Numbered from the stretch's first letter, positions 38,361 through 48,744 are shown. The stretch is 64,000 nucleotides of DNA from Pseudomonadota bacterium (GCA_021325135.1 JAJPHT010000046.1:128001-192000); one strand, 5' to 3'. Notes: a model not told the origin generated them from the letters alone. Numbers and translations are program-made.

Positions 38361-41300
38361 ATGCCTTCCGCCGAGCCTTCCCGGGTCAAGGGCCTCCTCG
38401 ACCGCTACGCGCGCCAGCAGCCGCGCCGCGCGCAAGGGGGCCTCGCCAACCTCGCGGGCCTCGACTTCCAGCTTCGCTGCTATCTCGCCGCGTTCGTGGA
38501 GGAGATGGCCTCCTCGTCGGCCGTGGCGCCCGCGGGTGCGCGCTTCCTGGAGGCGCTCTCGGACCTCAGCCTCGTCTCGGACGACGCCGTCGCGTGCGTG
38601 CAGGTGAAGCGCACCCTCACCCGCGCGAGCCTGGCCAAGGCCGCGGAGGAGGCGGTGGCGCTCGACGAGTTCCTGGAGCGCGAGGCGCCCGACCTCCACG
38701 CCGCGTTCCGCTTCGAGGTCGTGGGGCTCCTGGGCCGCGCCGACGGCTTCGCGCCGGGCTGGGAGGGCGTGCAGCTTCCCCACGACGCCGAGGGGCGGGA
38801 GGCAAGGCAGGCCCGCTTCGAGCGCATGCTCGCGCAGGGGAAGCTCGCGCCCCCGCGCCTGGAGCCCGACCCGTGGTGGCGCGTCATCGCCGCCGCATGG
38901 CCCGTGCTGGACGAGCCGTTCGCCTTCGCCCGCGAGGCGCTGGACATCTGCCTGCGCCGCGGCCTCGACCCCTCGGGCGCGGAGCGCACGCGCGACGAGG
39001 TCGCCGAGGCGTTCGCGCGGCGCCGCCGGGACGCGGGGCTCATGGGCATGTGCCTGAGGCCCGAGGACGTGGCGGCGGACGCCCACCAGTCGCGCGAGAC
39101 CGTGCTGGGGCAGCGGCCCACCCTGGCTCACCTGCGCGACGGACGCTTCATGGAGCGTCCCGAGCGCGTGGACGCCGCGCTGGCGGAGTTGGACAGGCAC
39201 GTGGCGGAGCGCGACCTGCGCCAGGAGCCCTACATCCACGCCCTCTGGATCGAAGGCCGCTCGGGCAACGGGAAGAGCGTGCTCCTCCTGAAAGCCATGC
39301 GCCGCCTCGTCGAGGAGCGCGCGGCGCCCGTGATCTGGCTCGACGACGCCAGCGAGCAGCTTCTGCCCCTCCTCCAGACGTGGGCCCGCCTGCCGGAGGG
39401 CTCCATGGGGCTCTGCTACGTCTTCGTCGACGACTTCTACTCGCCCAACAAGCGCGCCGACATCGGCTTGCCCGAGATCGCGCGCCTGCTGCGGCGCAAG
39501 GACCGCTCCGACTGGCCGGTGCTGGTCACGTGCGGGCCCCCCGAGCAGCGCCTGGAGTGGGCCGCCAGCGGGCAGGACGAGGTCTTCCGCGTCGCCCACT
39601 GGCTCCTGCCCCCCGCCGAGGCCGACGAGCGCGAGGGGCTGCGCGGCTGGTTCCGCGAGCGCACGGGCGTCGAGAGGCGCGCGGGCGCCGCCTTCGGGGA
39701 GAACGACGGCCTCATGATCTCCATGATGTTCGAGATGCGCGAAGGGGACATGGTGGAGTTCGGCCGCCGCTTCCACCAGCGCCTCAGCGACCTCAACCTC
39801 GTGGACTCCATCATCCAGCCCCTGGCCCTCAACCGCCTCTACATCTGGGCGCCGGGCCGCTGGCTGGACGAGTCGCAGAGCGACGCGCTGCGCCGCCTCA
39901 ACCAGGACCGCGACTTCTCCTTCCTCTCCTTCCGCGGCCGCCCCGACACCTACATCCGCATCACGCACCCGCACCTGAGCGACGGCATCTACAACGCGGT
40001 GCGGAGCCGCGCGGACGGCATCGTGCGGGCGCGCGACCTGCACCGCGCCTTCGAGCGCAGCCTGGACACGGACCCCACCGTCGCGCACCTCGTCCTCGAA
40101 CGGGTCGCGCGGCAGCACGAGCGCCTCGCCTCGCTGGACGAGGGCGAATTGGCGCGCGGCATGGCCGCCGCGTGGCGCGCGTGGCTGGCCCGCGGCGGCG
40201 CCGCCGGCTTCCACGCCGCGCCCATGTGGACGAACTGGGCCGTCTGGAGCGCGCGCCAGCCCGAGGTCGCCGCCCTCCTGGGCGAGGCCCCCTCCGAGCA
40301 TGCGGCGCGGGCGCTCCACGAGGGGCACCCCTACTGGTCCACCCTTTGGGAGCGGCTCGCGACGCTGCCCCCGGAGGCGATGGGCCCCGCGACGCGCGCC
40401 CGCCTCCTGGAGCGGGGCCACCGTTGGCTGCGCGGCAACGAGGCGCGCCCGGAATGGACGTTCGTGTGGCGCCTCCTGGTGGACTCGCCCCCGGAGAGCC
40501 TCCCTGCGGGCATCGGACGAAGCGACCTCCTGCTCCAGGGGCTCGGCTGGCTCGCGGGGCGCGAGGACCGCCCCGAGTTCCCCTACGTCTGGCGCCGGCT
40601 CGTGGAGTTGCGCGACGCGCTGCCGGACGCGGCCGCCCTCGACGGCGTCCTGCGCCGGGGAGAAGGATGGCTCGCGGGCCACGAGGATCGGTTCGCCTGG
40701 TCGCGCATCTGGGAGGCGCTGCTGGACCTGCGCGCCCAGGCCGCGCCCGAGCGCGCCCGCCTGCTGCGGCAAGGACGGGAATGGCTTGCCGGCCGCGAGG
40801 AGCGCCCCGAGTGGAATTTCGTCTGGAAGCGCCTCCTGGACCTGCGCGCCGAGCTTCCTCCCGGCGAGGGGGACGATCTGGCCCGCGAAGGGCGTCTCTG
40901 GCTGGTGGGGCGCGAAGAGAGCGCCCAGTGGCCCCACGTCTGGCAGAAGCTCCTGGAGACGGACCTCCCCGCGGACGTGCCGCGGAGGGACCTGCTCCTG
41001 CTGGGCCTGGGGTGGCTGCAGGGGCGCGCCGACCGCCCCGAGTGGAGCTTCGTGTGGCGCCGGCTGGTGGAAGCGCGCCGGGAGCTCTCCGGTGGGGACG
41101 CGCTGTTGATCGAGGGGCAGGCCTGGCTCTCGGGCCGCGAGGGGAACCCCGCGTGGAGCTTCGTGTGGCAAGCCCTCGCGCAGGAGCGCCAAGGGCTCCC
41201 CGCGACGGGCTCCACGGCGCTCCTGGAGGAGGGGTTCCGCTGGCTCCAGGGGCGCGAGGAGCGCCCCGAGTGGGCGTACGTGTTGCAAGCCCTCGTGGAC

Positions 41301-42695
41301 CTCGGGCCCGACCTGCCCCCCGGCATCCCTCTCTCGCATCTCGTCGAGGCGGCTCTGGGGTGGGCGGCGAAGCGGCGCGCCAGGCCCGACTGGTGGCCGC
41401 TCTGGCGGAAGGTCGCCGACGGCTGCGCCCTGCTCCCGCCGGGGCCCCTGCGGGACGCGGTCCTCGCCGAAGGGAGCCAGTGGCTCGCGGAGCACCAGGA
41501 TCGCCCGGAGTGGTGCTTCGTCTGGCAACGGCTCGTGGACCTCCAGGCGAAGATCGCGCCGGAGGCCGACCTCGGCCCGATCCTGCGCCAGGGGCTCGCG
41601 CGGCTCCGGGGCGGCGAGGACCGCCCCGAATGGACGCACGTGTGGAGGACGCTCGTGGACCTGCGCGCGCACATGCCGGACCAGGCGCAGGTCGCGCCGC
41701 TCCTGGAGTCCGGCCACCGCTGGCTCGCAGGCCGCGAGGAGCGCCCTGGGTGGGGCTTCGTGTGGCAGCGGCTGGTCTGGCTGCGCGACGAGCTTCCCCC
41801 TTCGATCCCCTTGGATGACCTGCTCCTGAAGGGCCGCGAGTGGCTTTCGGGCCGCGAGGGGGACCGGTCGTGGTCGTACGTGTGGGAGAGCCTGGCGGAC
41901 GTCGGGAGGGAGCGCCACGGCGAGGCGGAGTTCAGCCGTCTGCTGGTCTTGGGGCATGGATGGCTCCCGGGGAACGAGGACCGCCCGGATTGGAGCTACA
42001 TCTGGCGCAAGCTGCGCCGGGGGAGCGCGGACCTTCCGGGCACCCTCGACCACGACGCGCTGCTCGCCACCGGGCGCCGTTGGCTCTGCGACGGGCCGCC
42101 CCGCGGGGAGTGGCCCCTCGTCTGGCTTTCCCACCACAAGGACAAGGCGACAGGCCCCGAGGACCGGGCCTTCCTGGGCGACCTGGCGTGGGCCTGGCTC
42201 CAGCGGCCGGAGAGCCGCGCGCGCCCCGAGTGGACCCAGGTGTGGAGGACCTGCTGCAGGGCGGGCCGCCGGGACCCGGCGTTCATGGAGGCGGGCTGGG
42301 CGCGCCTCCTCGCGCATCCTGACGCCGTGGAGGCCCCGATGCTTGCGGGCGAGCTCGTGTCGGCCTCCAGGAAACCGGGCGCCTGGGCTCCGCCCGCGGA
42401 CCTCAGGGCGTGGACGCACGCGTGGCTCCGGGCGAACCCCGACAACCCCAGCTGGGCGCCCCTCTGGCGCGCCCTTTGGGGCGCGGAGAGGTCCGAGGCG
42501 AGCGCGCGGCTCGCCCTCGAATGGCTCGCCGGAGGCGCCGCCCCGGGGCGGACGGGCTCCGTCGTGAAGCGTCTCTGCCGCGAGCCGCCGCCCGACGTGC
42601 GCGCCATGCTGGAGGCGTGGCTTGCGCTCCACCCCGAGTCCCCCTTCGCCGCGCCCCTGCGCGAGGCGCTGGAGCAGCCGGCCCCGCAGGCGTGA
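38361..42695 (+). CDS. STAND/Avs-like protein: PD-(D/E)xK-type nuclease, P-loop NTPase and Trp-rich helical repeats
   Basis: GGLANLAGLDFQ...EALSD...VQVKR; Walker A GRSGNGKS (39255-39278); Walker B YVFVDD; ~16 repeats of LLxxGxxWLxGRExRPEWxFVW. Confidence 0.8.
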   Translation: MPSAEPSRVKGLLDRYARQQPRRAQGGLANLAGLDFQLRCYLAAFVEEMASSSAVAPAGARFLEALSDLSLVSDDAVACVQVKRTLTRASLAKAAEEAVALDEFLEREAPDLHAAFRFEVVGLLGRADGFAPGWEGVQLPHDAEGREARQARFERMLAQGKLAPPRLEPDPWWRVIAAAWPVLDEPFAFAREALDICLRRGLDPSGAERTRDEVAEAFARRRRDAGLMGMCLRPEDVAADAHQSRETVLGQRPTLAHLRDGRFMERPERVDAALAELDRHVAERDLRQEPYIHALWIEGRSGNGKSVLLLKAMRRLVEERAAPVIWLDDASEQLLPLLQTWARLPEGSMGLCYVFVDDFYSPNKRADIGLPEIARLLRRKDRSDWPVLVTCGPPEQRLEWAASGQDEVFRVAHWLLPPAEADEREGLRGWFRERTGVERRAGAAFGENDGLMISMMFEMREGDMVEFGRRFHQRLSDLNLVDSIIQPLALNRLYIWAPGRWLDESQSDALRRLNQDRDFSFLSFRGRPDTYIRITHPHLSDGIYNAVRSRADGIVRARDLHRAFERSLDTDPTVAHLVLERVARQHERLASLDEGELARGMAAAWRAWLARGGAAGFHAAPMWTNWAVWSARQPEVAALLGEAPSEHAARALHEGHPYWSTLWERLATLPPEAMGPATRARLLERGHRWLRGNEARPEWTFVWRLLVDSPPESLPAGIGRSDLLLQGLGWLAGREDRPEFPYVWRRLVELRDALPDAAALDGVLRRGEGWLAGHEDRFAWSRIWEALLDLRAQAAPERARLLRQGREWLAGREERPEWNFVWKRLLDLRAELPPGEGDDLAREGRLWLVGREESAQWPHVWQKLLETDLPADVPRRDLLLLGLGWLQGRADRPEWSFVWRRLVEARRELSGGDALLIEGQAWLSGREGNPAWSFVWQALAQERQGLPATGSTALLEEGFRWLQGREERPEWAYVLQALVDLGPDLPPGIPLSHLVEAALGWAAKRRARPDWWPLWRKVADGCALLPPGPLRDAVLAEGSQWLAEHQDRPEWCFVWQRLVDLQAKIAPEADLGPILRQGLARLRGGEDRPEWTHVWRTLVDLRAHMPDQAQVAPLLESGHRWLAGREERPGWGFVWQRLVWLRDELPPSIPLDDLLLKGREWLSGREGDRSWSYVWESLADVGRERHGEAEFSRLLVLGHGWLPGNEDRPDWSYIWRKLRRGSADLPGTLDHDALLATGRRWLCDGPPRGEWPLVWLSHHKDKATGPEDRAFLGDLAWAWLQRPESRARPEWTQVWRTCCRAGRRDPAFMEAGWARLLAHPDAVEAPMLAGELVSASRKPGAWAPPADLRAWTHAWLRANPDNPSWAPLWRALWGAERSEASARLALEWLAGGAAPGRTGSVVKRLCREPPPDVRAMLEAWLALHPESPFAAPLREALEQPAPQA

Positions 42696-42698
42696 TCG

Positions 42699-44537
42699 TC
42701 AGCTTTCCTCGGCGCTCTCGACGCGCTTGTGCCCCTGCTGCTTGAACATGGAGATGATCTCGTCCAGCGTGGTCGCCTCCTCGGGCTTCTTGTCGTCGCG
42801 CACCTTCCCGGTGAAGCGCGGGAAGCGCACGGAGAGCCCGGCCTCCTCCTTGAGGACGCCCCAGCCGGCGGTGTGCAGGGGCGAGAGCGTCAGCTCGGCG
42901 CCCACGACCTCCAGCACCTTCACGGGGGCGAACCACGCGTCGGCGGCGATCCTCGCGCGCACGCGGGGGTGGGGCCCCCCCTCGTGCTGATAGCTTTTCA
43001 GCTCCTCGGTCATGGCCTGGAGCGTGGCGTCGTCGAAGCCGGTGCCCAGCTTGCAGATGGTCTCGAAGACGTCCTCCTCGGGGTTGTACGAGGCCATGAT
43101 GAGGGCGCCGTACCAGCCCGCGCGCCGGCCGCGCCCCGCGATGGCGCCCACCACCACGAGGTCCAGCGAGTCCTGGAGCTCGCTGCTGTACTCGCGCTTG
43201 TACTTGATCCATTGATAGCCCCGCGAGCCGGCCTTGTAGAAGCTGTCAGGGCCGACGCTCTTGACCATGATGCCCTCGGCGCCTTCGGCGACGCTCTGCT
43301 CGAAGAAGGCGACGACCTCCTCGGGGGTCGTGACGCGCTTCGCGCGGGAAAGCTGGATGCGCTCGAGCCCCTCCTCGTCGGCGCCGCGCGCGAGGTCGAA
43401 GCTGCGCGTCAGCGCCTCGCGGCGCTCGGGGAGCGGCTTCTCCGTGAGGTCCTCGCCGTCCAGGAGGAGGCAGTCGAAGAGGAAGAGCGTCACGGGCACC
43501 TCCGCGATGACCTCCTCCACGTTCTTCCTGCCGCGGCGCTTCGCCACCTCCTGGAAGGGCTTCATGTCGCCCGTCTGCGGGTCCACCGCGACGACCTCGC
43601 CCTCCACGATGGCCTCGCGGCCGCGGAACGACTCGCGCAGATAGCCCGCGACGTCGGGGAACTGCCGCGTGAGGTCCTCCAGCCGCCGGCTGTAGAAATG
43701 GATGGCGCCCTGCGCCGGGATGTGCGCCTGGAGGCGCAGCCCGTCGTACTTCAGCTCGCAGAGCCCCTCGCCGCCCATCTTGGCGAGGATCTCCTCGGGC
43801 GTGGGCAGGCGCTCCGCGAGCATGGCGCGCATGGGCACGCCCACCTGCGCGCGCATCTCCTCCACCGCCGCGAGGCCGCCCTTGAGCAGCGTCTCGCCCA
43901 CGAGGCCCAGGTCGCTGCACACGTTGTACGCGCGCTCCAGGTCGGGGCGGTACTCCTTGGTGGCGAAGGCCGCCGCCATGGCGTCGAGGATCGTCATGTC
44001 CGCGATTCCCAGGCGCAGCTTCCCCGTGACGGTGCGCACGAGGTAGCGCGCCTCGCGGGGGCTCGCGCGGGCGAGGAGCTTCTGGAGGAGCGAGAGCTTG
44101 CCCGACTGCGAGCCGGCGCCCGCGGAGCGCGCGATCTCGTGGAAGCGCTCGAACACCTCGGTGACGGGCATGGAGGCCTGCGGCTGGTTCTCCTCGGCGA
44201 AGAGGCTCGCCTGGCGCCGGCGCGCCTTGCGCTGCGAGAGCACCTCGAAGGCCGCGTCGCCCAGGTCGCCCGCCTTGTGGTACGCCTTGGTGAGGTCCTC
44301 CTCGGAGACGCCGGTGGACTCGTGGAGCGCGCGCATGACGAGCTTCTCCGCGACGCCAAGCTCGATGCCCTCGAAGTCGGCCGCCAGCTGCCCGCGGGTG
44401 AGGTACACGACCGCGCGCAGGTCGCCGTCCGCCTCGCGCAGCAGCTCCACGAGGATGTCCGTCATCTCCAGGCGCTTGGTCGTCTCCTCCAGCCGCTCGT
44501 AGAACTGGCAGAGGCGCTCGTAGTCCACGCTGGGCAC
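42699..44537 (-). CDS. lig: ATP-dependent DNA ligase (archaeal LigI type)
   Basis: Motif I ELKYDGLR, EGEVVA, FDCL, EGIMVK, WIKYKREY, SVRFPRF. Confidence 0.96.
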   Translation of the reverse strand: MPSVDYERLCQFYERLEETTKRLEMTDILVELLREADGDLRAVVYLTRGQLAADFEGIELGVAEKLVMRALHESTGVSEEDLTKAYHKAGDLGDAAFEVLSQRKARRRQASLFAEENQPQASMPVTEVFERFHEIARSAGAGSQSGKLSLLQKLLARASPREARYLVRTVTGKLRLGIADMTILDAMAAAFATKEYRPDLERAYNVCSDLGLVGETLLKGGLAAVEEMRAQVGVPMRAMLAERLPTPEEILAKMGGEGLCELKYDGLRLQAHIPAQGAIHFYSRRLEDLTRQFPDVAGYLRESFRGREAIVEGEVVAVDPQTGDMKPFQEVAKRRGRKNVEEVIAEVPVTLFLFDCLLLDGEDLTEKPLPERREALTRSFDLARGADEEGLERIQLSRAKRVTTPEEVVAFFEQSVAEGAEGIMVKSVGPDSFYKAGSRGYQWIKYKREYSSELQDSLDLVVVGAIAGRGRRAGWYGALIMASYNPEEDVFETICKLGTGFDDATLQAMTEELKSYQHEGGPHPRVRARIAADAWFAPVKVLEVVGAELTLSPLHTAGWGVLKEEAGLSVRFPRFTGKVRDDKKPEEATTLDEIISMFKQQGHKRVESAEES

Positions 44538-44578
44538 TTGGCCTCCGCCCGGATATGCCCTTGCCCGGGCGCGGGTCC

Positions 44579-44812
44579 CTACTCGTGGGAGCGCAGCGCG
44601 CGGTGGTGCAGCTCCACGACGCGCTCGAAGCCCCACGCGACGATGACGAGGCCCACCAGCGCGACCGCGCGCCCCGCCACGTCCAGCGCGGGCGTCGCGT
44701 AGCGGAGCCCCACGTTCACGAGCGCGGCCAGCTGGGAGAGGCCCATGAGCGTCCAGCCGAGCAGGCGCAGGCGCACGAGGCGGTGCTCCGCCCGGATCAC
44801 GCTGGCCGCCAT
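44579..44812 (-). CDS. small membrane protein (2 TM)
   Basis: Two hydrophobic helices, read from ATG 44812. Confidence 0.55.
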   Translation of the reverse strand: MAASVIRAEHRLVRLRLLGWTLMGLSQLAALVNVGLRYATPALDVAGRAVALVGLVIVAWGFERVVELHHRALRSHE

Positions 44813-44858
44813 CGCTCCCCCTGGGCCGCGGGGGGCGTTTCTTCTCTGCGGCCGAAGC

Positions 44859-45224
44859 ATGGGCGAGAAAGGCCAAGGGCGCGGCGCGCGAGGTCCCCGC
44901 ATGGACGACAAGGCGTCGACGCGCCCCCGGGGCCGCGCGCGGCCGGACCCCGGGAGGCCCGATCACCAGCCCGGCCTCGATGACGCGCCCGGCGCGCCCG
45001 CGGCGAGCCCGCTGGGCCGCGGCGCGAACCCGGGCACGGTCCCCGACACGTACCCCCTCGCCGATCCGCGCGGCAGCATCGCGGGCCTGCGCGGCATGGA
45101 CGTGCCTGGCGCGCGGGGCGGGCCCTCGGGCTTCGAGGACCGCGAGAACGAGGACGTGACGCCCCGCGCGCGGCGAGGCGCGACCGAGGGCATCCAGTCC
45201 GAGGACAACGAGGCGGAGCGCTGA
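44859..45224 (+). CDS. hypothetical hydrophilic, probably disordered protein
   Basis: GC3-rich codons; stop abuts the convergent gene at TGATCA. Confidence 0.55.
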   Translation: MGEKGQGRGARGPRMDDKASTRPRGRARPDPGRPDHQPGLDDAPGAPAASPLGRGANPGTVPDTYPLADPRGSIAGLRGMDVPGARGGPSGFEDRENEDVTPRARRGATEGIQSEDNEAER

Positions 45225-45974
<750 letters not shown>

Positions 45975-46013
45975 GCAGCGCGCAGCCGTGCGGCCTCGGA
46001 TGAGGGTTTGCGG

Positions 46014-46040
46014 AAAAAAGGGGCGGTCCCGAGCGGGACC
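46014..46040 (-). terminator. hairpin plus U6 terminator
   Basis: Minus strand GGTCCC-GCTC-GGGACC-GCCCC-TTTTTT. Confidence 0.7.
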
Positions 46041-46044
46041 CGGG

Positions 46045-46113
46045 CTACTTCTTGGCGTTGGCCTTGGTCATGTGAAGGATGAGCATGGCCTCGCCACTCG
46101 TATCATCAATCAC
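46045..46113 (-). CDS. candidate 22-aa small protein MIDDTSGEAMLILHMTKANAKK
   Basis: GTG about 25 nt after a TCAATA box; followed immediately by a terminator. Confidence 0.4.
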   Translation of the reverse strand: MIDDTSGEAMLILHMTKANAKK

Positions 46114-46208
46114 GCCCGGAACGTCGTCCGCGCAGGTATTGAGAGTTGCGGTTCGACCCCCGACGCGACCCGTCACTTTGACGGCGGCTGGCGGCCTGTG
46201 CGCTCCCG

Positions 46209-46583
46209 CTAACGCTGGATGAGCAGGAACTCGTTGCCGTCCGGATCGGCGATGGTCGCGTAGGTGGGGCCCCAGGGCGCCTTCCAGGCCTCGTCCACGA
46301 TGTGGCCGCCGCGCTTGCGGATCTCCTCCGCGCTGGCCTTGGCGTCGCGGGCGGTGAACATGACGCCCGTGATGGTGCCCGGCGGCCTGCCCGGCTCGTT
46401 GGGGCGCATGACGTGGGCGACGAGGGTCGCGCCGCCGGGGATCTGCCAGACGCCGCGCCCGTCGCCCTCCTCCCAGGAGAGCTCCTTGAGCCCCAGCACG
46501 CGGGAGTAGAACTCGCGGGCCTTGCCCTTGTTCGGCTCGGTGAGGTGGACCGTGATCGCGTCGAGCCCCTGGATGACGTCCAT
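46209..46583 (-). CDS. VOC family protein
   Basis: AREFYSRVLGL, PWGPTYATIADPDGNEF. Confidence 0.88.
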   Translation of the reverse strand: MDVIQGLDAITVHLTEPNKGKAREFYSRVLGLKELSWEEGDGRGVWQIPGGATLVAHVMRPNEPGRPPGTITGVMFTARDAKASAEEIRKRGGHIVDEAWKAPWGPTYATIADPDGNEFLLIQR

Positions 46584-46611
46584 GCGTCCCCGGCACGCGC
46601 GGGGGACCGCT

Positions 46612-47466
46612 TCAAGGCCACCGGTAGAAGCCCTGCCCCGACTTCTGGCCCAGCCTCCCCTCGGCCACCATGCGGCGCAGCAGCGCGGGCGGCTCGAAGC
46701 GCCGGCCCAGCGTCTTCGAGAGGCCCTCGGCGATGTGCAGGCGCACGTCGAGGCCCACCAGGTCCGTGAGCCGCAGCGGCCCCATGGGGTGGTTGTAGCC
46801 CAGCGTCATCGCCTTGTCGATGTCCTCGGGGCTCGCCACGTCCTCCTCCACCATGCGGATGGCCTCCAGGCCCAGCGTGACGCCCAGGCGCGAGGTGGCG
46901 AAGCCGGGCGAGTCGCGCACGACGATGGGCTCCTTGCCCATGCGGCGCGCGAGGTCCACCACGGCGGCGGCCGCGGCGTCCGACGTCGCGGGCGCGCGCA
47001 CGACCTCGACCAGCTTCATCACGGGGACCGGGTTGAAGAAGTGCATGCCCACGACGCGGCCGCGCTCCGCCTCGGGCAGGCCCGCCGCGATCTCCGCGAT
47101 GGGCAGGCTCGACGTGTTGCTGGCCAGCACCGCGTGGCGCGGCGCGAGGCGCAGCGCGTCGGCGAGCACGCCGCGCTTGAGGTCCATCCGCTCGGGCACG
47201 GCCTCCACCACGAGGTCCGCCTGCTGGAGCGCGGCGGGGAGGTCCGTGGTGGGCCGCACGCGGGCGAGCGCGGCGTCGGCCTCCTCGCGCGTGGCCTTCC
47301 CCTTCTCCACGGCCTTCTCCAGGCTCTTCCGGATGCCCGCGAGGCCCTTCTCCACGGCGGCGTCGTTCACGTCGCGCAGCGCCACCTCCGCGCCCGCGAG
47401 CGCGGCGACCTGCGCGATGCCGTGGCCCATGGTGCCCGCGCCCAGGACGGTGACGTGGCGGATCAT
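46612..47466 (-). CDS. 3-hydroxyacyl-CoA dehydrogenase (Hbd/PaaH-like)
   Basis: VLGAGTMGHGIA, VEAVPE, ASNTSS, GMHFFNP, HPMGPL..DLVGLD, GQKSGQGFY. Confidence 0.94.
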   Translation of the reverse strand: MIRHVTVLGAGTMGHGIAQVAALAGAEVALRDVNDAAVEKGLAGIRKSLEKAVEKGKATREEADAALARVRPTTDLPAALQQADLVVEAVPERMDLKRGVLADALRLAPRHAVLASNTSSLPIAEIAAGLPEAERGRVVGMHFFNPVPVMKLVEVVRAPATSDAAAAAVVDLARRMGKEPIVVRDSPGFATSRLGVTLGLEAIRMVEEDVASPEDIDKAMTLGYNHPMGPLRLTDLVGLDVRLHIAEGLSKTLGRRFEPPALLRRMVAEGRLGQKSGQGFYRWP

Positions 47467-47600
47467 CGGCCGGCGCACGCGGAAGCGCGCGAAAAGGCTT
47501 TCGCGGGGCGAAAGGCCAACCCCCTTGCGCCGCCCGCGACAACTCTCCTCCACAATCCCCTTCCCCTGGTCGCGGCATGGCGGGGCGGAGACCTGAGACC

Positions 47601-47948
47601 GTGCGGCTCGAGCCCTTCGTCCTGGCCGGCGTCGCCCTCGTGGCGCTGGCGCCCTTTGCTTCTGCGATCCCCCTCGGTCCCGTCCCGCCGCCTCCCGTCT
47701 GCGTGGCGGGCGTCTGCGTGACCCTGCCTCCGGTGGACCTGCCAGGGCCCGTCTGCGTCACCCTCCCTGCCCAGAGCCTCCAGGTCCCCGGCCTCCTGCT
47801 GTGGGTCCCCGCCACCAGCCTTCCCATCACGCTCAACGGACAGGAGATCGCGCGGGTCGATCTCCCGGGCGCCTCCGTGGCCGTCGATCCGTGGGGCGCG
47901 AGCGTGGGCGGCTCCGTCGTCTGCGTGGGCCTTCCGCCGACGGGCTAG
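47601..47948 (+). CDS. small secreted Pro/Val-rich protein (4 Cys; VCVTLP repeat)
   Basis: Signal-like N-terminus from GTG 47601; VCVTLPP and VCVTLPA. Confidence 0.6.
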   Translation: MRLEPFVLAGVALVALAPFASAIPLGPVPPPPVCVAGVCVTLPPVDLPGPVCVTLPAQSLQVPGLLLWVPATSLPITLNGQEIARVDLPGASVAVDPWGASVGGSVVCVGLPPTG

Positions 47949-48721
47949 CGCCCCTCGTAGCGCGCCGCGCGCTTCTCCTTGAGCGCGTCGACGCCCTCGC
48001 CGTGGTCGCGCGTGGCGTAGGCAAGCCCTTGGAGCGCGGCCTCGCGGGCGAGCGCGCCTTCGAGGTTGTCCGCCGTCCCCAGGACGATGGCCTTCTTCGC
48101 GAGCCCCAGGGCGACGGTGGGCCCCTCCGCCCAGCGCCTCGCGACCTCCTGCGCCTTCGCGCCCGCGTCCTCGGCGACGAGGTTCACGAGGCCAAGCTGC
48201 TCCGCGCGCTTCGCGTCCATCGCGTCGGGCAGGAGCGCCAGCTCGCGGGCGGCGCGCAGGCCCAGCGTCTTGGGCAGGAGCCACGAGCCCGCGGTGTCGG
48301 GGACGAGGCCGATGCGCGTGAACGACGCGGCGAACCTGGCCGCGGGCGCCGCGACGGCGTAGTCGCACGCCAGCGCCAGCATGAGGCCCGCGCCGTGCGC
48401 GTCGCCGTTGACGTGCGCCACCACAGGCTTCTCCAGGACGAGGATGTCCTTCGCCAGCGCGCCGAAGAGCGTCTCCTGCGCGTGCTGCGCGGCGAAGGCG
48501 TTGCCTCGGCGCGAGACCATGGCGTCCAGGTCGCCGCCCGCGCAGAAGGCCGGCCCCGCGCCGGTGAGGAGAAGCGCGCGCACGCCGGGGTCCTTCGCGG
48601 CGTCCGCCACCGCGGCGCGCAGGGCGAGGAGAAGCTCGGGGTTGAGGGCGTTGCGCTTCTCGGGGCGGTTCAGCGTGAGGCGCAGGACGCCGCCGTCGCG
48701 CTCCTGGAGGAGGACGCTCAT
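47945..48721 (-). CDS. enoyl-CoA hydratase/isomerase (PaaG-like)
   Basis: LNRPEKRNAL, AFCAGGDL, GAGLMLALACD, FTRIGLVPDTAGSWLLP (Asp in place of the catalytic Glu pair). Confidence 0.88.
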   Translation of the reverse strand: MSVLLQERDGGVLRLTLNRPEKRNALNPELLLALRAAVADAAKDPGVRALLLTGAGPAFCAGGDLDAMVSRRGNAFAAQHAQETLFGALAKDILVLEKPVVAHVNGDAHGAGLMLALACDYAVAAPAARFAASFTRIGLVPDTAGSWLLPKTLGLRAARELALLPDAMDAKRAEQLGLVNLVAEDAGAKAQEVARRWAEGPTVALGLAKKAIVLGTADNLEGALAREAALQGLAYATRDHGEGVDALKEKRAARYEGR

Positions 48722-48744
48722 GCGTCGCGCATCCGCGCCTCGCG

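Noticed and set aside
46060-46112. C/D box sRNA (TGATGA on the minus strand)
   Set aside because: No CTGA D or D' box at suitable spacing
46140-46175. tRNA or tRNA fragment (GGTTCGACCCC)
   Set aside because: The T-stem does not pair and no cloverleaf can be built
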